Of a stretch of DNA of 64,000 bases, positions 1-13,044 are shown piece after piece. Position 1 is the first letter of the stretch. Each line of letters opens with the position of its first letter. Origin of the DNA: Octopus vulgaris (taxonomy: Eukaryota); the NCBI GenBank assembly GCA_951406725.2, contig OX597831.1:55118001-55182000 (forward strand). The letters are read 5' to 3'. The translations under genes were made by a program, and so were the position numbers. Under the pieces are notes generated by a model that was not told where the DNA came from, ran no database searches, and saw nothing but the letters and a program-made list of their open reading frames with translations.

Positions 1-700
1 GGAATAGAGAAGCAGGAAGGAGAGGAGGGGAGAGGAGAAGAAGCATGAGAGGGGAGGATGAGAGGAGGAGAAAGAAATAAAGAGAGAGAGAGAGAGAAGT
101 GTTTGGAGATGGTCAAGACAGAATGAAGAAGAAAAAAATCAGAGAATTTGGAGAAGTAGGGAGATAAGGAAGGAGTAAAAAGAAAAACAAGAGGGAGGAG
201 AGAGGGGGGAAGAGGGAATAGAGAAGCAGGAAGGAGAAAAGGGGAGAGGAGAAGAAACATGAGAGGAGGAGGAAGAAATAAAGAGAGAGAAGAAAAAGGA
301 AAGAGTGAGAGAGAGAGAGAGAGAAGACGTGCATGGAGATGGTCAAGACAGAATGAAGAAGAAAAAAATCAGAGAATTTGGAGCGGATGGGAGATAAGGA
401 AGGGGTAAGAAAAAAATGCAAGGAGAGGGAGAGAGAGAAGTAGACTGGTTCTATTGGTTTATTTTATTGACAATACACTGATTATCATTGAATAATCAAT
501 ATTATCAAAGAGAAGAGGAAGAGAGAGTAAGGAAGAAACATGGAGAAGAACAAAAGAGGACGAGAGAGTAAGGAAAAAACTTGGAGGAGAACAAGAGAGA
601 AATAGAGAAGAATGAAGAAAAAGTCAACTAGAGAGAGAGAGAGGGGGGGAGAGGGGGAGAAAGACTGAAGAGAAAAAGAGGGAGAGTACAGACATGGAAA
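1..700. repeat. Purine-rich (GA/GGA/GAA) low-complexity tract containing a ~230 bp diverged tandem duplication
   Basis: Near-pure A/G. Motif ggagatggtcaagacagaatgaagaagaaaaaaatcagagaatttgg occurs at ~105 and ~335. Confidence 0.85.
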
Positions 701-889
701 TGTTTCCAAAATCTGCCATCCTTAAAATAACTCTTATTCTTAGAGAATGGACATTTCTGTCCAAGGCTTTTGTTAAAGACTGATAATTAGTTTGAAGGAG
801 AGAGAGAGAGAACCCCCCCCCAAATAAAAACCCTGGTATGTTAGATCTATACTTTGCAATGGATATGATGATAATAATAATAATAATAA

Positions 890-1357
890 TAATCTTTTTT
901 ACACAAAGCCTACAATTTTGGAGGGAGGGAGGGGATTAGTTAATAACATTGAAAGTCCCCACCATCCTTGTGCTCAACTGGTACCCCAATTTATCAACTC
1001 TGAAAGGATGAAAAGCAAAGTCAACCTTGGTAGAATTTGAACACAGAACATAAAAAACAGATGAAATGCTGTTAACCATTTTGTCTGGTGTGCTAACAGT
1101 TCTGCCAGCTCACTGTCGCCTCCTCCTCCTCCTCCTCCTTCTTCTTCTTATTATTATCATTATTATTATTATTAATAATAATAATAATAATAATCCTTTC
1201 TACTATAGGCCATAAGGCCTGAAACTTGGGGAAGGGGGATAATCGATTACATCGACCCCAGTGCATAACTGTTACTTAATTTATTGACCTCGAAAGGATG
1301 AAAGGCAAAGTTGACCTTGGCAGAAATCAAAGTCAGAACGTAGTGATGGATGAAATA

Positions 1358-1429
<72 letters not shown>

Positions 1430-1640
1430 TATAATGGTTTAAAATTTTGGCATGAGGCAGAAACTAGTTGATTACATCAACCCCAGTGTTTCACTGGTAC
1501 TTAATTTATTGACCCCTGAAAGGATTAAAGGCAAAGTTGACCTCAGTTGAATTTGAACACCAAATATAAAAATGGGTGATATACCACTAAACATTTTGCC
1601 CAATGTACTAATGATTGTGTCAGCTCACGGCCTTCTTAAT
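890..1640 (-). mobile_element. Three tandem decayed copies of tRNA-derived SINE family B separated by (AAT)n/(TTA)n tracts
   Basis: Repeated core gaaaggatgaaaggcaaagtcaacctcggcagaatttgaactcagaac (reverse complement of B-box gagttcaaattcc plus the central domain). Confidence 0.8.
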
Positions 1641-1942
1641 AATAATAATAATTAGAAGAATTAGAAGAAGAAGAAGAATTAGAAGAAGAAGAAGTAGTAG
1701 TAGTGTAGTAGTAGTAGTGAATTTGAACACCAAATATAAAAATGGGTGATATACCACTAAACATTTTGCCCAATGTACTAATGATTGTGTCAGCTCATGG
1801 CCTTCTTAATAATAATAATAATAATTAGAAGAAGAAGAAGAAGAAGAAGAAGAAGAAGAATTAGAAGAAGAAGAAGAATTAGAAGAAAAAGAAGAATTAG
1901 AAGAAGAAGAAGAAGAAGAAGAAGAAGAAGAAGAAGAAGAAG

Positions 1943-1974
<32 letters not shown>

Positions 1975-1987
1975 GTAGTAGTAGTGG
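1548..1987. repeat. Near-identical tandem duplication of a SINE end plus (AAT)n/(AAG)n/(AGT)n microsatellite
   Basis: tgaatttgaacaccaaatataaaatgggtgatataccactaaac...ggccttcttaataat at 1548 and 1718, with 1 mismatch seen. The (AAG)n run produces the spurious poly-Arg ORF. Confidence 0.9.
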
Positions 1988-3669
1988 TAGAAGTTATCTT
2001 TTCATGAATCTTAGGAGAATAAAAATAAGATGTAAACTCCCAAAACAGAGGAAAGGAATGACTATTTTAAAATATACAGTGCTGCACCTGACATTTATGG
2101 CAAGTCATATCTCCTCAACACTCCTCCAATGTTATTCACATTTTGTTTTGGCAACAAATTGAATCCAGGTCTTTGCCGTAAGAGGCAACATTGCCTGCAT
2201 TTAATGCAAATGTTTCTGAGGCTTTGTGAAGATGAGAGCGCTGTATCTTCTTATACTGACCACTAGTCCATCACAAATATTATAGAAAGAGAATAAAGAG
2301 AATATGAGAAATGACAGAGAGCGGGGTGTGTGAAGAGCCAACAGATAAGCAGAAAGAATAGGAAGCTGAAAGAAATAAGCAGAGAGGGGGTGCACGAAGA
2401 GAGGAAGGTAGGCAGAGAGAGAGAGAGAGAGAGAGGAAAAAGAGGTAAAGAGAGAGATATAGAGGTATAGAGAGAGAGGAAAAGAGAGAAGTAGAGGAAG
2501 AGAGAGAGAGGTAAAGAGAGGAAGGAGAGAGTGGAGGGGATGAAAAATATGGAAAATGGAAAAAAATAGGAGAGAAGAGGAGGAGGCAAACAGAAGTAGA
2601 GACAGAAAGTGAAGGTAAGGGGAAAAAATTAATTAACTGAAGGGATCAATATAAAATTTAAGTTTTAAACTGAAGTTTAATAAAACAACAACAAAAAAAA
2701 GAATAAAAAATATCCAAAAAAGGAATCGCCAACTGGCACAATTTTGTGAAACAAAATTAGGGATGAAATAACATGCAAACAACTTAGAGTCACAGACAAG
2801 TAAGTTCTGGACAAGTCATGTCTGAAACCTAATTTGAATTGCTGGTTATAATGTTTATTGAACACGATGAAAATTGTTGAGAAGGCACGAACAAAAATAT
2901 CTCCTCCTCCTCCTCATCATCATCATCATTTAATGTCCATTTTTCCATGCTCACATGAGGTAGATGTTTTTCTAAAGCTGGATGCCTTTCCTATCACCAA
3001 CCCTCACCTCATTTTTCCAAGCAAAGTAAAATTTACCCATGGCTAGACATGTCTTCACAGAATATTCAAAATGAATGACACTGTTGCCAAGACAGCAACA
3101 CTCATTTGCAACTATTACTTGATATCAAGACAAAGACACACACACACACACGATGGGCTTCTTTCAATTTCTGTCTACCAAATCTACTCAGAAGGCTTTG
3201 GTTGACCTGAAGCTATAGTAGAAGACATCTGCTCACAGTTGGGAAGCAGACTTTTTACCACACTGCCATGTCTGTGCCTATAAACTTTTTAAAGAAATGT
3301 AATGTCAGAAAACTGTGAGACTTGTAGTTAAAGGAAATCTACCATTTTACAAATAAATACTGCAAAAAAACAACAAAATGAAAACAGTAAATTTAAAACA
3401 CCATTCTAAACTGCCAGCAGGTTTATTTACAAATAAGTTGATTTTCAGGCTTGTTTATCAACTGTGTGAAAAGAGAAAAGATTAAAATTAATAAAAAAAA
3501 AACCCCAAAACTATTGAATCATTTAGCAAGCCTGATATAACAGAATGTAAAGCAAGCTTTTGAAAACCTGGTTTATGAATTCATTTTGATTCTAGTTGGA
3601 GCTGGTTTATTCAATGATAAGCACAGCCAGCTGTGAGTCATGAGTGAGTATGGGTTGGTAACATGTACC

Positions 3670-3903
3670 TATTTTTTTATTACCCACAAGGGGCTAAACA
3701 TAGAGGGGACAAACAAGGACAGACATAGGTATTAAGTCAATTACATCGACCCCAGTGCGTAACTGGTACTTAATTTATCGACCTCGAAAGGATGAAAGGC
3801 AAAGTCAACCTCGGCGGAATTTGAACTCACAACGTAACGGCAGACGGAATACCGCTAAGAATTTCGCCCGGCACACTAACATTTCTGCCAGCTCGCCGCC
3901 CTT
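3670..3903 (-). mobile_element. tRNA-derived SINE family B, near full length
   Basis: Reverse complement reads aagggcggcgagctggcagaaatgttagtg...gagttcaaattccgccgaggttgactttgcctttcatcctttcgaggtcgataaattaagtaccag...tttagccccttgtggg. Many copies in the window. Confidence 0.85.
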
Positions 3904-5239
3904 TTACTGATTGTTTTAGGTGCCTATGTAGTCGTGAGTAGACACTGTTGATACTCTCTCAGCTTCTTCACTTATGACCCTGTGAAACACCAAAGATGTG
4001 ACAGCTGGAAGAAGAGAAAGTTGCATCAGCACCTGGTTGGTACTCATTACAGCTGAGCAGACTGGAGCAACATAACATAAAATATCTTACCCAAGAATTG
4101 AACCCACAGCCTTATGATCATGAACTGACTATCCTAACTACAACACCACAATATATATAATATCAATGCACTGAATTAAATAGAATAATACTAAATTGCA
4201 ATGACAATTGTGGAGAATAGCAGTTACATCAAATATCTGACCCTTAAAGAGGTAATTGAAGCAAATTATGGTTTTGTGATGTATACTTAAATTCTCTGTC
4301 TTAGTTCACACATCAGGGAATATGTAGCAGATCTGGTAATGTTATCCAGGAGATTTATCTCTCATTCAAATTGCCAGCAAGAAAACTTGCACAGAACATG
4401 CTTTCCGAAATCCGCCGAAACTTCACCTGATTATATATACACTTTAGATGAGTTGTAGTGCACCTGAGCACTGTACACAATTATTATTATTATTATTATT
4501 ATTATTATAAGCACAAACCCATGAAAGACTTTTACAATTAACTTTCATAAAATGGTTGGTTGGTGCTCAGGAGTCTTTAAAGACACATATGAGAGTTAGA
4601 AGAGTCCTACACTCTTTTACTATCCAAGAAAGGATGGAGCAGGGTAGTAGATATATAAACGTTATATAGTAGAGGTAATTTCACTCAATTAAGCCTCAAT
4701 CAGTTATGTATATGCTGGTCAAAACTGAAGAAAATAATTATATGTCTGGAACTGCCCTACACTTGAGTTCACTAATGTTGCTAATACTCTCATGTAAAAC
4801 ACAGGATAGCAATTACATTTCTTATTTTTGTCTCTTCCCATCCCTACCAAAAGTAAAAAAAACAAACAAATTAGCCATGATACCTATCAGGAAAAAGTAA
4901 TTGAGAATTGGGGAGCAGTTTAATGCATCATTTTTGGTAGATGATAGTAGAATTAAAGAGATAAAGAGCAAGATGATTTCAGAAATAAATATGGTCCTAC
5001 ACACATAGATGATTATGGTCTATATATCTCATTGATTTAAATGTCTAACCCTTAGCATATTATATTAAGTGTCAGTCAGGTATTGGGGTAAGAGACTAAG
5101 GCTATGCAACTCAAAAGATCATCTCAGTGAATTTTAAAATGGATGTGGATGTAACCCCTTCAAAGGCCACAACATTCCTATGAGGAGCAGAAACCTCAAG
5201 TGCAATTAGCTTTGAAAGACATGCATCTAATATAGTTGT

Positions 5240-5700
5240 GTGTCGTACTCAAGAGAAAATATCACACCACTTTGACAAAATTTGTAGCAAGACTGACTAT
5301 ACCTGAAAAATACCAAATAAGTCACAGCCATTACATAGACCTCTTTGTCTGTGGTATTCTCCAATGGTGTTTGGCTCTAAAGGGATCTTTCAGTTGGGAT
5401 ACTTCTGCTCTGCAGGACCATAGTACAATAATTCAACGTCCATTCATAAAGCTTCTACTACCTTCTCCCCTTCCCTTCTACCATCTTACTCTCTTCCTCA
5501 TTTGCAATATTGCATCCTAACCAATACCACTTACTTATACACACACACACACACACACTCTTTCTCTCCCCCCTCTCTCTCTCTCTCTTTCTCTCCCCCT
5601 CTCTCTCACTATTTCTCACCCACTCTGAAGAAGGACAAGTGTCCGAAATCTTAGATTACTTCACTCCTCACAGCACATTAACTCATTGAACATATTAGAT
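5240..5700 (+). mobile_element. Degenerate Penelope-like element 3' end with hammerhead-ribozyme core
   Basis: Peptide SHSHYIDLFVCGI..IFQLG resembles the GIY-YIG C-terminus. It is followed by a C/T-rich tract, then CTGAAGA-A-GGAC-aagt-GTCC-GAAA at 5625-5648. Confidence 0.5.
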
Positions 5701-5793
5701 AATATATGCTACATCTAAGAAAAACAATAGTTGTAGTCAGGGCTGGAAATAATAACATTTGTTATAGTTTTGCTCAATCAGAGCTGAGATGGT

Positions 5794-6020
5794 TTAACCT
5801 TTTAACATTCAGATTACTCAGTCGAATGTAATGCTTATTTATTTACATTGTTTTGAATTAATCATGCATTATCGTATAGCCTTGAGATTTTGATGATGTG
5901 ATTGTTTATATTTAGAATAACATCGTTGGATAGGTGTGAGAGATTGGATCTGGCCAGTTTGAACAAAAGCAGGTAAAATATTTTAGCCATATATGGTCGG
6001 TTTAACTGCTAAAGGGTGAA
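5794..6020. mobile_element. piggyBac-like (TTAA-target) MITE, family 2
   Basis: Termini ttaaccttttaacatt...ctgctaaagggtgaa. A homologous copy lies at 61038-61264. Confidence 0.65.
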
Positions 6021-7627
6021 GCAACAACTACAACCTGCTTTCTTTTACACTGTCAGTAAGGATAAGATGCCTCAGCTTTTCTTTGGGTGGGGGTGTTTTA
6101 GTGTTATTTTATTTTTACACTATCAACTATTATATAATACCATCAAACTAGTGGCTGTTTTCTTGTTATAAAGATTAAGGAAAGTAAAGGAAATACCTTA
6201 TCACAGATTCGGTTTGTTGCAATAGGAAACAATAGCTTGTCTGATTGCAAAATTTCTAGGTAATTAATTTTCTAAGTCACTTGAAATTCATCAGAACTGT
6301 AATTAGTACTTAAATATGATAATTATAGCTTTCCAGAGCAAGTCACCAACAGAAAACAAAAATAATTACAGAAATATTGTTTTCATTTGTGAAACTGTAC
6401 AAAATACACCAATCATTATTATTTATAGACTGGTGAAAGTGATGAGCTGGAAGAAGTATTAGACAAAATGATTAGCAACATTTCTTCCCGCTTTACATTC
6501 TGAGTTCAAATTCCATAAAGTCAACCAGCTGAGTACTGAGGTCAATGTTACTGAATTCCCCTCCCCTCAAAATTGCTGGTCTTATGCCAAAATCATAAAG
6601 AATAGTTTATCAAGTTGCATATTGGAAAAATAATTGGAACATCATCATCGTCATCATCATCATCATCATTAACATTTAATGTCTGTTTTTCCTGTTGGCA
6701 TGGGTTGGATGGTTTGACAAGAGCTGGCAAGCTGGAGAGCTGCCTGGGCTCCATGTCTATTTTGGCATGGTTTCTATGGCTGGATACCCTTCCTAATGCC
6801 AACCACTTTACAGAGTGTACCAGGTGCTTTTATGCAGCACTGGCATAGGTGCTTTTATATAAGGAATGCCTTTGTATTATCTCTACAGGCTCTATACATT
6901 CTGAATTCATATCTTGCCAAGGCCAACTCTGCCTTTCAGCTTTCAGAGCCGATGAAATAAAGTACAAGCCAAGTACTGAGATTGATGGTATTGCCGAACC
7001 CTCCTCTTTCAAATTTCAGGCTTTGCATCTATGCTAGAAACATTTGTCAGGCATGTCTTCTCATTGCTCATCTTTTAATCAAAGTAGCAGGTTTAGGCCA
7101 AACAATGACAAAAGTCATGTGCCTGGCACAAAAAAAATGGTCTACCAGTGAGAAAGTGCTATCAGTGATACATCAGTTTATGCGTTCTATAGAGGATTAA
7201 TAAAAAATAAAAGAGATCATGATAATTATTTCTTTTATTTGCCAAAAAGATGGCAAATAAAAGGCTATATCAAGTTACAAAAAGTATTTACATGGAATCA
7301 TGTAGGTAAAAAGCAGGTATTAAAATAACAGTATAAGATCTTTTGCTGTTAAGTGAAGAGACAGTAAAATCCAAAGCATTCTCAGAACTGTGCTAGTTAC
7401 ACCCATGCACTCCAATACACAACTACAACTGCATTGCCATTGTCACCGCCACAATCATCATACATCTGTTTTTCTAACACATGGCATGATTAGATGGTTT
7501 CTCTGCCCTGAGGTAATGTCTTATGGCTGGATGTCCTTCATGCCAACAACCATTTTAGTCACCTCTAATGACAAGCAAGGACAGGGTGTACCTATTCTGA
7601 AACTATAATGATAATAATAATAATATT

Positions 7628-8093
7628 ACCTGCTCAGAGACCATATATTGCTGTGGTAGATAAAGGGGAAAAGGAAACCAAGATCATAGATATGTCAACA
7701 CCTGGAGATGCACGCATAAGTGACAAAGAACTAAAAAAGATTGAAAAGTACAGACTACTAAAAAACGAAACTGCAAAAATGTGAACTATGAGGAAAGTGA
7801 CTGTCAGTCCAGTAGTTGTAGGGGCACTTGGAGCACGAACAACCAAGTTCGAGAAATAAGTCAGAGAAATCAGAACTGACATGAGAGCAGAGCAAGCCCA
7901 AAAGACTGCTCTGTTGGGGACAAATAGGATTTTGAGATTGGTACTTGAATGTTGAATGTCTCCCATGATAATTACCAAGTATCAAAACTTACAATGTGCG
8001 GAAAGAGACCTTGTGAGACCTTTGACAGAAGGTTGCAGTCCACTCTCACAGAATCTACCAGAACAAACAAAAACCAAGCATTCTGAGAAGTAA

Positions 8094-8094
<1 letters not shown>
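7628..8094 (+). mobile_element. 5'-truncated R4/Dong-clade non-LTR retrotransposon (restriction-like endonuclease C-terminus plus 3'UTR) in a (TAA)n tract
   Basis: Translates as RPYIAVVDKGEKETKIIDMSTPGDARISDKELKKIEKYRLLKNETAKM*TMRKVTVSPVVVGALG...QAQKTALLGTNRILRLVL. (TAA)n on both sides. Confidence 0.85.
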
Positions 8095-8158
<64 letters not shown>

Positions 8159-9471
8159 TAATAATAATAATATACTATAGGCACAAGGGCCTGAAATTTT
8201 GGAGGAGATGGCTAGTCAATTACATCAAACTCAGTACACATCTGGCACTTAATTCATTGACCCCAAAAGGATGAAAGGTAAAATTGACCTTGCTGAAATC
8301 TGAACTCAGAACATAAAGACAGATGAAATGCCACTAAGCATTTTATCCAGCATGCTAACGAGGCTACCAGCTCACTGCTTTATAATAATAATAATAATAA
8401 AAAGAATAATGATGATGATGATAATCCTTTCTACTATAGGTACAAGACATGAAATTTTGAAAGAAGGAACTAGTTGATTATATTGGCCCCAGTATTCAAA
8501 TGGTACTTATTTTATCAACCCTGAAAGGATGAAAGGCAAAGTCAAACTTGGCAGAATTTGAACTCAGAATGTAAAGACAAGGGAAATGCAGCTCAGCATT
8601 TTGTCTAGCATGGTAATGATTCTACCAGCTTGTTACCTCAAAACTATGTATTTTATCAATCTCATAAGGAATAAAAGGTAAAACTGATCTGGATGTAAAG
8701 GGACATATCTTGTATGGAACAAAAAGTCACAATGTATTTTTCACAGATTTATTCTGCTATTCGTTGCCAATATGCACACATACACATGCATAGACACAAA
8801 CACACACATGCAGACATACACACACACACACATACACGGACACACGCACACACACACACACACAAATGAATAACTATTTATGTACATATAGGTACTTGCA
8901 TGTGTATTTGTGTACACACACACACACACATGCACATGCGCACCCATACATGTATAAAGAAACAATAACATAAAACCTAATTTAATTCTTCTCTTAAGCC
9001 TTCACCATCCTCATTTTTGTATTATTTCTTTTGTTTTCACAGAAACATTGGAGAAACTTAATTAGAAACACATGCTAAATACAATGAACCAACCTGAAAT
9101 CTAACTGCAAGCTGCAATGTGAAGTAGGATGAGATGATATTTATTTTATTAGTTAGAACTTTAGAGAATTTATCATGATGCTTGCACAGCATTTTGTTTT
9201 TATTTTGTTTTCCAGATTTATTTTACCTTTGCTATCTTTATTTTTTCTTTTCGGTATTGTGGAAATTTTCAGGTGTGGAAATTTGTTTGCTGGCATTGTT
9301 TAAGAAACTGGAGATTCGCAAGCATTTCTTTCTTTCTTTTTTTTTTTTTCGTATCCTGCTGTATTCTGACTTTTAGAATAACTCCACCATAACCTTGTGT
9401 GTTGTAAGAGGTGACTAAAAAAGGTTGCTATCTGGTCATGAAGGGCATCCAGCCATATGACACTGACTGCT

Positions 9472-10058
9472 TCAACCCTTTTCATACCAACCTGCCTGAG
9501 ATTGCCCTTGGTTCTGTGAAATGAACTTCTTGTTTGAAAATGATCTAAATTAAAACTTTCTATTAAAATTTCATGTTAATTTATAATCTAGATATCATTT
9601 CCATAATGAGTGGCCGTGTGGTAAGTAGCTTGCTTACCAGCCACATGGTTTCGGGTTCAGTCCCACTGCATGGCACCTTGGGCAAGTGTCTTCTACTATA
9701 GCCTCCGGCCGACCAAAGCCTTGTGAGTGGATTTGGTAGACGGAAACTGAAAGAAGCCTGTCGTACATATGTATATATATGTGTATATGTGTGTGTATAT
9801 GTTTGTCCCCCAACATCGCTTGACAACCAATGCTGGTGTGTTTACATCCCCGTAACTTAGCAGTTTGGCAAAAGAGACCGATAGAACAAGTACTAGGCTT
9901 ACAAAGAATAAGTCCTGGGGTTGATTTGCTCAACTAAAGGCAGTGCTCCAGCATGGCCGCAGTCAAATGACTGAAATAAGTAAAAGAGCAAAACAGTTTC
10001 AAAATTAATTGAAACAAAGGCAGAATATCTCAACAGAAATATAGTAACAAATAGGTTT
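9472..10058. mobile_element. piggyBac-like MITE family 1 interrupted by a SINE family A insertion
   Basis: 5' half aacccttttcataccaacctgcctgag... and 3' half ...gaaatatagtaacaaataggtt match the intact copy at 53090-53295 in reverse orientation. Confidence 0.6.
9608..9988 (+). mobile_element. tRNA-derived SINE family A (octopus OK/OR-type; subfamily not assigned)
   Basis: gagtggccgtgtggtaagtagcttgc (A box), gggttcagtccc (B box), central (TA/TG)n, tail gactgaaataagtaaaagag. Confidence 0.85.
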
Positions 10059-10639
10059 TTTTTAAAAACCTTGCCCAGCCATTGCCAAGATGAGAAATCT
10101 AACGTACAAATAATGGAAATCAAGAAAGAAAGATGATTTTTTATGATTGTATGAATGGCAAGGTTTGCTTATAATTAAGGAACTATTGGAGAACAAAAGA
10201 AAGTGAAACAAACAAACATGATTCAGGAAGTGTAGATAATCACATGTCCTCCTATGCAATTTAGCACTAAACTATCTTAGCAAACCTTTCAACTTTCCAA
10301 ATTTAAGATCTTTGTATCAAAACATTCTTAAATAATGTCAAAATTTAACAGATATTTGGATGCTGAGGAGAGTTACACTTTTGCCCCCACCCCACCCCAA
10401 CACACACAGACACACACATATACGTATGTACATACATACTTACATATGTATGTATATATATATACACACACACATACATACACACACACACATATACATT
10501 TAAGTCACAATATATGAATTCAAGTAATCTAGGAGTACTCATAAAAAAGCTCCTTAATGTATCATTATACAAAATACACAGAATATATAGTATGATACAA
10601 GAGATGGAAGTAGTTTATTTATTATTAAATATAATAATA

Positions 10640-11072
10640 AAACGGTGAGCAGGCAGAATTGTTAGCATGCTGGGCAAAATGCTTAGTGGTATTTCGTCTG
10701 TCACTGTGTTCTGAGTCCAAATTCTGCTGAGGTCAACTTTATCTTTCATCCTTTTGGGGTCAATAAATTAAGTACCAGTTACACACTGGGGTCAATATGA
10801 TTGACTTGTCCCTCCCCACAAAAATGGCTGCCCTTGTGGAAAAATTGGAAACCATTAAAGAAGGCGGCGAGCTGGCAGAATTGTTAACATGTTGGACGAA
10901 ATGCTTAGCGGTATTTCACCTGTTGCTATGTTCTGAGTTCAAATTCCACTGAGGTCAACTTTGCTTTTCATCCTTTTGGGGTCAATAAAATAAGTACCAG
11001 TTGAACACTACGGTCGAGTAATCAATTCATCTCCACCTCCCCAAGCTGACCATGTGGTAAAAATTTGAAATG
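10640..11072 (+). mobile_element. Head-to-tail dimer of SINE family B flanked by a 19-bp target-site duplication
   Basis: attattaaatataataata at 10621-10639 and 11073-11091. Two SINE heads at ~10640 and ~10860. Confidence 0.75.
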
Positions 11073-11335
11073 ATTATTAAATATAATAATATAAATTATT
11101 TACATGTTTTTAAGTTACAAAACAATTTATCACAATATTAGAATTTTCTTATTGTTAAATAAAATTTCATCAAACTATTTCTGTATGTGAATGTGCATGT
11201 GTGTGTGTATGTCTGTGTGTTAGTATATATAAGGATGTATATGTGAACGAACATGAATGTGTACATATAGGCCAAATCTTAAAGGTTAGCTAAGGGCAAT
11301 TGCATGTATAACCAACCATGAAGAACAAATCAACA

Positions 11336-11712
11336 GGCGCAGGAGTGGCTGTGTGGTAAGTAGCACATGGTTCCGGGTTCAGTCCCACTGCGTGGTATCT
11401 TGGGCAAGTGTCATCTGCTATAGCCCCGGGCTGATCAATGCCTTGTGAGTGGATTTGGTAGACGGAAACTGAAAGAAGCCTGTCGTATATATGTATATAT
11501 ATATATATGTGTGTGTGTGTATATGTTTGTCCCTCTAGCATTGCTTGACAACCGATGCTGGTGTGTTTATGTCCCCGTCACTTAGCGGTTCGGCAAAAGA
11601 GACTGATAGAATAAGTACTGGGCTTACAAAGAATAAGTCCCGGGGTCGATTTGCTCGACTAAAAGGCGGTGCTCCAGCATGGCCGCAGTCAAATGACTGA
11701 AACAAGTAAAAG
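11336..11712 (+). mobile_element. SINE family A, full length
   Basis: ggcgcaggagtggctgtgtggtaag...ggttccgggttcagtcccactgcg...gactgaaacaagtaaaagag. Confidence 0.85.
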
Positions 11713-12992
11713 AGAGAGAGTACAAAGAAATCAAATGCTAATCCCTTTAAAACAGCAACTACTTTAACACTAGCAGAATCTCCATCCCACTACATCTGCA
11801 CATTCAAGGTGGTTGGCATTAAGAAGGGGATCTGACCATAGAAGCCATGGCAAAGCAAACAATAGAGCTTATCGCAGTCCCCTGGCTTGTCAGATCCTGT
11901 CCAACTATCTGACCCATGCCAGCATGGAAGATGAAGGTTAAATAATGATGGTGATGAAGATGATAATATATACAGAGAGGAAGAGAGAGCACAAGAGAAA
12001 GTAGAGAGAGAGAAGGGTCGGGAGAGAGAGGAGAGGAAGAGGAGAGAAGTGAGGAAGAGAGAAAGATAGTTATAGACAAATAGACAAATATGTACACATC
12101 ATTAATATGTAGATGTAAGATCTGAATAATAAGCCTTTACAATGAGAAAAACCATTACCAGGTTCAACAATCCCACATTGAAAATAACTTGACGTGTATT
12201 ATCAATGCTATTCTATACTATAATCAGTGAATAATTGTATCGTGTTCAGCAATGTAATTGTGTGAGACATGTCAGTATAATTAGTCCATTCTTATTGCGC
12301 ATTTGCTTTTTGTTCAAACAGGTTGATATACTTGAAGACATCTAGCTCTAAAGCTAGATCCCACCCAAATAGATATATTATCTAATTGTTAAGATAATTG
12401 AATAAACATTATCCAATTGTTAGATAATATTGCTAATAATTGTTATAGGCACAGGCATGGTTGTGTGGTTGAGAATCTTGGTACCAGGTTCAATCCCACT
12501 GTATGGTACCTTGGGCAAATATCTCCTACGATAGCTCTAGGTCAATGAAAGCCTTGCAAGTGGATTTGGCAGATGGAAACTAAAAGAAATCCATTGTGTG
12601 CGTGTGTGTGAAGGAAAGAGAATGTTGATGTTTTCTTGATAATTGTAAATGAGTGTCACCAACAAACAATGGTGTTGTTTGTTTCTAATCTTCCATGAAA
12701 TCATGTCTGGCCATAGGGAAATATTACCCTACTTGGAAACAGGTGAGGGTTGGTGATAAGAAGTGCATTCAACCACAGAAAATCTGCTTGAAAAAGTTCT
12801 CTTTGACCCATGCGAGCATGGAAAAAAATGGATCCTTAAAACAAAAATAAAAACGATAATGTTAGAAACAGAATTGAAATGGCTGAGTGGATAAAGTATT
12901 CAAGCATATTTTACCACTGTATCTCAGAATATCATATTTTATTCAGTGAATCAAACCACAGAAAACAGGTCGAGAACTTCTGCGAAAGATGC

Positions 12993-13044
<52 letters not shown>

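Noticed and set aside
1785-2162. Poly-Arg, protamine-like ORF
   Set aside because: It is a translation of (AAT)n/(AAG)n/(AGT)n microsatellites following a SINE end, and starts at a non-ATG codon.
6260-6296. Minus-strand CTGATGA...GAAA as a further hammerhead
   Set aside because: No credible stem II or stem III pairing.
9020-9130. Plus-strand acceptors (9042, 23188, 57314, 60678) as coding exons
   Set aside because: Stops in all frames or no convincing donor. Such motifs are expected by chance in T-rich DNA.
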